Of a stretch of DNA of 64,000 nucleotides, positions 55,249 to 64,000 are shown piece after piece. Position 1 is the stretch's first letter. Every line of letters starts with the position of its first letter. The notes under the pieces were generated by a model. The model saw only the letters and a list, made by a program, of their open reading frames with translations. It did not search any database and was not told the origin of the DNA. Source of the DNA: Paraspadella gotoi (lineage: Eukaryota; Animalia; Chaetognatha); the NCBI GenBank assembly GCA_051294375.1, contig CM119264.1, positions 8,528,211 to 8,592,210 on the forward strand, in the 5' to 3' direction. A program made the position numbers and the translations under genes.

Positions 55249-55741
55249 TCTCCTCTCTCTCGTTCTCTCTACTCTCTCTCGTTTCTTCTTCCTCATTCCA
55301 TTCCGTCCGTTCTCGCCCATTCCATCTTACCCTATGGGTCTCGGTCATGTTCAATCTGTTTGTGACGTTATTATGGCGGGAGTGTACCTGCAGTCCGCTG
55401 ACGAACCAGCCCTGGCTCCCTTTCTCGCGTGCTGGCGGAGGACTACCGAGGGCGTGCGGGGACAGGCTTGCGCAAAAGCTATCGGACCCAGGACGTTGCC
55501 CTGCAGAGGACGAATAATAAGAGGCGGTGACGGGGTCTAAGTTCAATTTTTTTTTGTTCGACCGGACAAAAAAGAAACTACGTGACACGTATAAAGATAA
55601 AACGTGACACTCAGGCGCTACCCGGTGCGTTTAAGTGCGAGCATTCTCTCGGTTACCCCACCAAACGCGGTCCTAACGTCGCGCTCTTCACTTCTAGCTT
55701 ACTATCCTCTCATGTGATCTCTCTCTTTCCCATCCACATAC

Positions 55742-55879
55742 CCTATGGGTCGTCATGTTCATGACTTGTTTGTTGACGTTATATGCGGAGGGTCCTGGTC
55801 CGCTCGACAGCCTTGGCCCCTTCTCGCGGCTGGCGAGACTCGAGGCGGGGGCGTTGCGCAGCTTCGACCAGACGTTGCC
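55742..55879 (-). CDS. ODF3: ODF3-family internal exon (GNVWSKLRNAPASSLASREKGPRLSSGPGPSAYNVNKQVMNMTTHR)
   Basis: tctccag acceptor and AGG|gtatgt donor; 138 nt, phase 0-0. APxxSLxxR...GPGPxAY is a SHIPPO repeat. Confidence 0.87.
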
Positions 55880-56505
55880 CTGGAGACGATAAAAAGGCGG
55901 ACGATGTCTTAAGTTTTAAATTTTTTTTGTTCGACGGACACAAAAAAAAGTGACGCGTATAAAATAAAAAAGTGACACTCAGGCTACCCGGTGGCGTAAA
56001 GGCGAGCATTCTTGGTTCCCACCAAACGGCCTAACGTTCGCGCCCAATTTTTCTTCGTAGCTACTAAGCGGTAGTTGGGGACCGCGGTCAAATCTCATTT
56101 CTCAACTTAACGAAAAACAGACGGTCATTTGTCCTGCATGTATGGCACTAAAAGCAGTTGATTTTAATTGTGCACATTTCATGGGATCAGAAGAGAACTG
56201 ATTAGAATGAGCTAAGGAGAGCATGGCGACCTCCTGCCGGGCCACGGCCAAGCAGCAATCGATCGAGTCAGTCTCTCGCCATTCTCAAGAGGACTTGGGT
56301 AACGGTCTCTCTAATTCATAGCATCTGAACTAAAGCTGGGGACTCCTCCGGCTACAACTTAAATTCTTTCCCGTCTCTCCTCGAGGGTAGCACCGCTTGA
56401 CATTGTATATTGTATAAGCGCAGCTCTTAAACGCTCATTTATTTAATAATTTTTTTTTCATTTATCAATATATATACCATCCACATTAATCCATATTTTT
56501 TTTTT

Positions 56506-57251
56506 NNNNNNNNNNNNNNNNNNNNNNNNNNNNNNNNNNNNNNNNNNNNNNNNNNNNNNNNNNNNNNNNNNNNNNNNNNNNNNNNNNNNNNNNNNNNNNN
56601 NNNNNNNNNNNNNNNNNNNNNNNNNNNNNNNNNNNNNNNNNNNNNNNNNNNNNNNNNNNNNNNNNNNNNNNNNNNNNNNNNNNNNNNNNNNNNNNNNNNN
56701 NNNNNNNNNNNNNNNNNNNNNNNNNNNNNNNNNNNNNNNNNNNNNNNNNNNNNNNNNNNNNNNNNNNNNNNNNNNNNNNNNNNNNNNNNNNNNNNNNNNN
56801 NNNNNNNNNNNNNNNNNNNNNNNNNNNNNNNNNNNNNNNNNNNNNNNNNNNNNNNNNNNNNNNNNNNNNNNNNNNNNNNNNNNNNNNNNNNNNNNNNNNN
56901 NNNNNNNNNNNNNNNNNNNNNNNNNNNNNNNNNNNNNNNNNNNNNNNNNNNNNNNNNNNNNNNNNNNNNNNNNNNNNNNNNNNNNNNNNNNNNNNNNNNN
57001 NNNNNNNNNNNNNNNNNNNNNNNNNNNNNNNNNNNNNNNNNNNNNNNNNNNNNNNNNNNNNNNNNNNNNNNNNNNNNNNNNNNNNNNNNNNNNNNNNNNN
57101 NNNNNNNNNNNNNNNNNNNNNNNNNNNNNNNNNNNNNNNNNNNNNNNNNNNNNNNNNNNNNNNNNNNNNNNNNNNNNNNNNNNNNNNNNNNNNNNNNNNN
57201 NNNNNNNNNNNNNNNNNNNNNNNNNNNNNNNNNNNNNNNNNNNNNNNNNNN
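56506..57251. other. Assembly gap (N run)
   Basis: Other N runs lie at 23493-23677, 24200-24209, 25171-25195, 30674-31206, 32913-33081, 35970-35994, 55122-55146 and 58452-58909. Confidence 0.99.
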
Positions 57252-57870
57252 TTAACGGAGTAAAGTAAAAACTTGAAACGGGAGAGAGAATAAAGAAAAG
57301 GTTTTTTAATTACCAATTAAAAATAAAAAAACAAGAATTACTGAGTCCAACCACGCTTCTTCATCACTCAATTTCTTGAGACATCCTCGTCGCAAAAGTC
57401 CCCGGTTCAAGAATCAAATGTTGTTTGCCCACGGGCCTCTTTCTCATCCTCATCATCATCCATCTCCTCTCCTCTTCCTCCTCCTCCTCCTCCTCTCATA
57501 ATTAGCCGAATACATCCCTTCTGCCAAATCCAATCCACCAAAGCACAATTCACTGAATTAAGGACAACTAAGTACGAATACATCAATTCCTAATCAAAAT
57601 CAAAAGCAACTAAATCCACTGAAAGGCAAATCCTAATTCACCAGAATCAAATCTGCCAACTAAAAACTCCACTAATCCGAAACCACAAAAAATTCCACTC
57701 CACTAAACCCAGAATCCACGTATGTATGAATTCGCTTCCACCTAACCTTTCAAACCACCCAACAAACTCCAAACAATGCCCTCTTGAATTTCCACCCTGT
57801 GCTTTCCACCCTTTTCCACCCACCTAGCTCTCCGCCTTCCACGACCGCCCCCCTCTCAACACGGACTCGC

Positions 57871-58069
57871 CTTGACGGACGTGTCGTAGTCCGTCGGTCC
57901 GGGAGTCTTTTTCTCCAGAGGATCCTTGGGCCTCCACGTAGCGAAGGCGTACGGACCCCCGTCCCTCCCGTGGTGCGTGTACTTGGGGTCGGGCTTGTAG
58001 CCCGCTGGGCCGGGACCCGGGGTCTTGTCGATGTTCTTGGAGTAGGCCGTGCCGATGGTGTAGGCGGGA
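57871..58069 (-). CDS. ODF3: ODF3-family internal exon (PAYTIGTAYSKNIDKTPGPGPAGYKPDPKYTHHGRDGGPYAFATWRPKDPLEKKTPGPTDYDTSVK)
   Basis: ctctttag acceptor in phase 2. Contains PAYTIG, two TPGP..Y repeats and the ODF3-typical PKxTxxGxDGxP. The donor is AAG|gcgagt (GC). Confidence 0.92.
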
Positions 58070-59359
58070 CTAAAGAGGATTTGGGGGGGGGGGGGAAGGA
58101 AGGGAGAGAAAGAGAGGGGGAGGGATGGAATGATGTTGCTTGGTCAGAAATGGAACCAACTAAAATGTCATTAAAAAAAGGACGACGAAGTTGTCGACGA
58201 TCGCGACGAGGACAAGGACAACGACGTCGACAAAGACAACGATCACGACGACAAAGATGATGAAGATAAAATCCTTCCTTTGACAAAGACATTGACGGCG
58301 AACGAGAAAGGACATCAGGGAAGAACCTTTACGACTCCATCAGGACAATGTCGATGACGACGACGACGACGAAAACTCAGACGAAAACGACGACGCCGAC
58401 CAACGACCACAACACAAAATGGCGGCCACAAAAATGGCGCCGCTGCGGCGGNNNNNNNNNNNNNNNNNNNNNNNNNNNNNNNNNNNNNNNNNNNNNNNNN
58501 NNNNNNNNNNNNNNNNNNNNNNNNNNNNNNNNNNNNNNNNNNNNNNNNNNNNNNNNNNNNNNNNNNNNNNNNNNNNNNNNNNNNNNNNNNNNNNNNNNNN
58601 NNNNNNNNNNNNNNNNNNNNNNNNNNNNNNNNNNNNNNNNNNNNNNNNNNNNNNNNNNNNNNNNNNNNNNNNNNNNNNNNNNNNNNNNNNNNNNNNNNNN
58701 NNNNNNNNNNNNNNNNNNNNNNNNNNNNNNNNNNNNNNNNNNNNNNNNNNNNNNNNNNNNNNNNNNNNNNNNNNNNNNNNNNNNNNNNNNNNNNNNNNNN
58801 NNNNNNNNNNNNNNNNNNNNNNNNNNNNNNNNNNNNNNNNNNNNNNNNNNNNNNNNNNNNNNNNNNNNNNNNNNNNNNNNNNNNNNNNNNNNNNNNNNNN
58901 NNNNNNNNNTGCAAAACTGCTAAGCCGGGGGGATATCAGGGGGAGGTGATAGGGGAGAAACGCAGCGGGGGAAAAAGGGGGAGAGATTTTCCTCCTTCCA
59001 ATATGCAAATTAAGGTGTCGCTTTAATTTAGGACGGCGACCGTGACGTCGAATTTTTCAGGATTTAGCGACAAACAAAAAAGTGAGAAAAAAAAAAACTT
59101 TCTCTTTCGACGAGAAAAATTGGGACTGGCAGGTGGTTTTTTTTATCTCCCCTTTTTTTTTATAAAATTGTGCAATTCTTAACTGTCAGGTAAAATATAG
59201 ATAAATATAGATTTTGGAATAACGAATAACGAATAACGAATATGCGCCTTTAGAATTTTTTTTAATCACCAGCACGTTAGTAAGCCATAATATTTAAATT
59301 ATTCAACATCGAATTTCTTGAAAAGAAAATGAAAAACTCGCAGAGAAGGATTGACTTAC

Positions 59360-59381
59360 TTTCGGGTAAGTCGTTCGCCAT
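59360..59381 (-). CDS. Probable first coding exon of the ODF3-family gene (MANDLPE)
   Basis: accATGG Kozak context followed by a perfect gtaagt donor in phase 1. The next exon is expected inside gap 58452-58909. Confidence 0.5.
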
Positions 59382-60934
59382 GGTCCTTTCGCGCTCATCT
59401 TGAATGGAATCGAGAAAAATTGGGCTCCTGCCGAAAAATCTAAGCTTTTCGACGCTTCGACGCTACGACGCTATAATAATAAAAATCTACAATCTTATTT
59501 TCGTTGTCGATTGTGTTATTTAATTTATTTAATTTTTAATGTTTATCAATCGCACTAATCGCTATTTATGAAATGTTCGTCGAGAATTCTTCAGATGTTT
59601 GCCCAGCGACGGAAAAGAGATGGCGGGAAACAGACAGACAGACTAGACAGACTAGACAGACATTGATGCTTGACTTGAAATATCCGGTTTTTTAAATTTT
59701 GGCGAAAGCAAAGAGAAAGTGGGGGCCATGTGTGGACCGAAGGAAATAGAAATTAAGTAAAATAATTTACTATTTCCCTTCATTTTGTAAAAAAAAAACA
59801 AAACAAAGATGTTAATTAAAAAACCTTCTATTTAATATTAAATAAAGGCGTTGAATTTGGGAAATTATAATAATACATAGTTCAAATATTTAGTCATGAA
59901 TTAAGCAATATAAGATACTTATTTTCGATTTGACTATTTATAACGAGAATAAGGAAATAGTGTGGCAGTCGAAACGATAAAATTTAAAACGCTTATACCT
60001 TTTTTTTAGTATTAATTAAAAAACGTCGTTTGTACGCAGAAGCGGGAAAAATAATCGGATAAAACGAGAGACTGAAAACTTATAATTGTTTTAAAACTTA
60101 GAAAAAAAAAAGAAAAAAAAACGAAAGTCGGTACAAATTTATTCAGACGAAACTCGATACGAAGGAAGATAATGGAAAAAAGATCAAGTTAAAAATAGAT
60201 TATTGGACTAATCAACGCCTACGATTATGAGGGAGGAAGAAAAAAAAAAAGAGAAAAAAGGACGAATCTTCTTATTCACTCATTTTCAAACAAAGAATTC
60301 TTTAATTAAAATCACCCCTTTTTTTTCCGTTCCCCCTTTTTCTCTCTATTTTCTTTTTTTATATTTTTCTTTTTTCGTCCCGAGAAAAGAAACGGACGGA
60401 AAGGAAGAAGCCGCCAAGTTTGTTGTCGTCGTCGTCGTCGTCGTCGCCATCGTCGTCATCGACGACGCGTAAAAACAAAATTGTCATAACAAAGACGTTG
60501 AAACAATGAGCGGAAAGAGAGAGAGTCGGAGAGGGAGGGAGAGAGATGTAAAGAGGGAGAAAGATAGAGAGAGAGAGGTTTAAATTAGATGCGAGAAAAG
60601 AAAATTATGTCCATCAAAAGAAAAATAAAAAGAATAAAAGAAAAAGATTTTATGATATTGTTTTTGAGTCATTTTCCCTTTTGATCCGTTTTTTTTTGGT
60701 GTTTTTTTTTGTTGAATTCGAAATTAAATAAGTTTAGACTGTTTAATTTTGTCATTGTTTCTATCTTATTTCGTCGAAGCATTTTTAATTTTGTCCTTTT
60801 GTCCTCTACTTTTTAAATCTTACTCGTTTCTTTTTTTCTCTCTTTAGTTTTTTTAAGTTTCGAGTGTACGCGCCAAAATTTGAATAAAAATATGTTTGCC
60901 CGGCGGTTATTGTTTTTGTCGGTTTGCGTTCCAG

Positions 60935-61110
60935 ACTTCGGTGGCGGCGTCGTCTACGGCCGCGGCGGGGTCTTTATTGGCGGCGTCTTCCGTGGCGTCC
61001 TCCTCGATGGCGGGATCTTTATTGGCGTCGTCTTCGTTTGCGTCGTCTTCCGTGGCTGCGTCTATATTCGCGGCGTCTTCGGAGGCGGCGTCCTCATCGA
61101 CGTCGTCATT
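60935..61110. repeat. Degenerate 15-bp-period GC-rich repeat
   Basis: Units such as ggcggggtctttatt, ggcggcgtcttccgt and ggcgggatctttatt. Confidence 0.65.
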
Positions 61111-63963
61111 TTATATTTTTTTTGTTTCTTCCGCCATCTTTTTTTTTCGCCGTTGAATTGGTTCTATTTTTATGACTCGTCCCAAAACGCCTCGCTCGTA
61201 CATCTCGTCTTCTTTTCATCTTTTAACCTCCTCTTTCTTTTTCTCGGCATTCTTTTCTTCTTCTTCTTCCTTTTCTACCCCTAGTCTAGTTCTTTACTTC
61301 TGTCTTCCCTTTTCTTTTCTCCTTTCTTCTTTTTTTTTCTCTCTCTTTTTCCCAAACTACTCTTTCTTCTTCCTCCATTAGTTTTCTTCTCTCCATCTCC
61401 TATTCGTTCTCCTTCCTCCATCTAATTTCTTTCCTTTATCATTTCCTCTTGTTTTCTTTTCTTTCTTTCTTTCTTTCTTTCCCCCACTTTTCTCTCCATT
61501 ACTTTTCCTTCTACCCCTTCCTCATTTCTCCCTCCGCCCTCGTTCCCTTTCATGACGCTCGGTTTCGCTTCTGTAACGACCTCAACAAAAAACAAATACG
61601 AGAGAATAAACGATTATGACATAAGCCTCCACTAACAAAAACATGACGGCGACGTTCGCAAATACTATCATTATTATTTTCATTATTATTATAATAATAT
61701 TATTAATTTTATAAAAACATACCATATTGAATAAAAAGAGAAGATAGGCTAAAAAAAAGTGAAGGAAAACTTGGACCGCTGCGAAGAAGGCCTTCGAAAA
61801 AAAAAGAAGAAGCGGTAGAAAGTAATAAAAAAAAAGAAAAAAAAAGGAATAAACGTTAAGCGAGAAAAAAAAAGAGAGAGAAAATATAAAAGAAGTTTAC
61901 GATGGAAATTAAGCGGCGGGAAAGGCGTTCGCGCCTTCTCTCGGTTCCATTAAAAAACTCTTTATTAAAAACTTCCTCAATCAAAAAACTGCTTTATTAA
62001 AAAAAAAACCTCTCTTTTTTTCGTCTCCCCCCTTTTGGCGCCTTTATTAAAAAATGTTTTTAAATTGTTTTTTCCGGGTTTTTTTTTCCTGCGGATTTCA
62101 AGCGCAGGATGTGTGTACCTTTAGAAATTCATTTGATTGGACGATTTATTGTTTTCTTGAAAAACTGATGTGATCCCCGAGTTAGTTTAAATAACGTTGC
62201 TATGGACGACCGCTTACCTGAAAACAATCTGTCCAACGCATCATCTTCACTAACGTAAAATTCGGGGAAGAAATTTTCATTAAATTTTTAACCTTTTGTT
62301 CTTTTGTTTGCCGTTTGACTTTTGTCATTATAATTGGCTTTTCATCAAGACTACTCGAGACATCTCGAAATTGATCACGTCAACTTGCATTTCAAACTCG
62401 AAAGTTAATCACATCAGACGCAAGCTTCTCCTAATTGGCAAAAGTAAATGAAAGCTAAAGAAAGAAAGAAAGAAAGAAAGAAAGAAATGAAAGAAAGAAA
62501 GAAAGAAAGAAAGAAAAAAGAATAAAAAGTCGAAAACATTTTGAAAGACGTTAAAACTCGCAAAGCGGATAATTTGTTGACATAACCGTTGAGGGAAGAA
62601 CAAAGAGGAAAAGACGGAGAGAAGAGTGAAGGAAAAAGGAGAGGGAGGAAAATAGGAGGAAAATTAGAGGTAGAAATTCTCGATGAGGAGGGAGGAGTTT
62701 CGGAGGAAAAAGGAGAGAAGAATAAATGAACAAAAGATAAAAAGAAAAAGAAAAAGGAATGAAAGATTTCGAGAGGAAAAAGAAAAAACGAAAATACATT
62801 AGAGCCAAAAAAAGTTGAAGAACCTTAGAGGAAAATGTGAGGCAATACGAGTTCAGCTTATGGATGTTGGGAAACAATACAATAAAGTAGTCGATTGAAA
62901 TGAATCATATTAAAAGTTTAAAACTATCTAATTTACACTTATGATTATTTATTTATGAATATTAACTTACCAAAATTTTGAAATGCGTTTAAAGAAGCAG
63001 GACAGCTTCAACGACCAGAAACAATCATTGCACATTGACAGAGAAACGTGTTTTGAAGTAATCTCAAGATTTTTCCATATGGACGCGGAGACCAAACCGG
63101 ATTGTATTCCATCGAGAAGCCAGCGAATCAAGAGAACGATTTAAAATGCAATTAGGGAAACCGTTTGCAATTTGCATACAAAGCGCGGTTTTACTCGGCC
63201 GCATTGAGAAGCGAGATTGAGCCACGGGTTTTGGTTTTAATTTTCTCGATGTATCTGTTTTTAAAAACCGAAGAAAATACCGTTGTTCATTATTTTAGGA
63301 TTTAGGTAAGCTTAATGCCAACTTATTTACATTTATTATGTAAGAGTTGGATATATCACGTGACTAAATCTAATCAGTTCACTCTTCACGCTTCACTTCA
63401 CTTCACCGTCGGTTCTGGAATCGTGTTTCGAAAAAAAAAGAGTGAAAATTCCAATTCACATTTGGGTGAATTCGGGAGAAGATGAAAGGCGAAAGGCAAT
63501 TTATTTGATTGGCGATCATTTGTACGCGAGGGGATGAGGGTGTTGGGCGGGGGTAATTGGAAACGGGGAAACAGGATATTTTAATGTTAGAAACATGGCA
63601 TTTTAAGCGGAAATTAAACATTTATAGAATAGTTAAGGAAGAGTGAATGAAGTGTCTTGGAATATACTTTTTTTCTCCGATTCGTTTGTAGCCACGTTGT
63701 GCCACTTAAATGTGTGTCAGTTAATTTATATTTCAGAGAATGGTTCGGCGAAAGATTTAAAAATTTCAATGCTCGCTAAAGTTTTTCACTCTTTCTCTCT
63801 CTACTATATGAATTCCATTAGCCTTTCTGATTTTAATAAATCGACACGCCATTTTTATCACGATCCAGTTTTTATCCACTGTTACAGCTTTTTCTGAGCG
63901 AACGAACCTACAGGACCAAAGAGAAAGGTATGTGGTAAAGATGCCTTTTAGGTTCGGCGATCG

Positions 63964-64000
<37 letters not shown>

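Larger units (their letters stand above)
33082..55700. other. Probable mis-assembled or over-filled region of uncorrected long-read sequence
   Basis: Indel-dominated copies: 33082-33410 ~ 41751-42210; 33680-34150 ~ 50440-51330; 34380-35969 ~ 39500-40560 and partly 52870-54040; 36050-36290 ~ 37160-37420 ~ 37780-38040; 55320-55690 ~ 55730-56040. Gaps of exactly 25 N lie at 35970-35994 and 55122-55146. Confidence 0.8.

Noticed and set aside
35555-55500. Dscam-like mutually exclusive exon array in ODF3
   Set aside because: The extra copies are frameshifted by dense random indels that extend equally through the introns, as expected from read error.
57750-58292. ORFs 57750-58292 (-) and 57784-58260 (+) as genes
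   Set aside because: They are off-frame and antisense shadows of the ODF3 exon 57871-58069.

Overview
Microsatellite-rich, intron-containing metazoan draft-genome DNA, not prokaryotic. Almost all ORFs in the supplied track are (AG)n, (TTTC)n, (GTC)n or N-gap artefacts. Manual splicing, checked by phase-consistent exon boundaries, gives three genes. (1) A + strand type I membrane Ig-superfamily protein with a V, a C2 and two atypical I-like domains, a TM helix and a tail; its exons span 3251 to about 20049 and its 5' end was not found. (2) A convergent - strand gene (20870-22033 and upstream) that the ORF track largely misses. It encodes a type II signal anchor, a furin site (RMKR) and a ~175-aa domain with the helix/loop pattern of a long-chain four-helix cytokine; this is the most interesting candidate. 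(3) A - strand ODF3/CIMAP1 (SHIPPO-repeat) gene (31906-59381) with a GC donor and a Cys/Asp-rich tail. A tRNA-Arg(TCG) lies between genes 1 and 2, antisense to the probable last exon of gene 1. About 33-56 kb contains indel-riddled duplicate copies of local sequence bounded by 25-N gaps, most likely uncorrected long-read gap filling.
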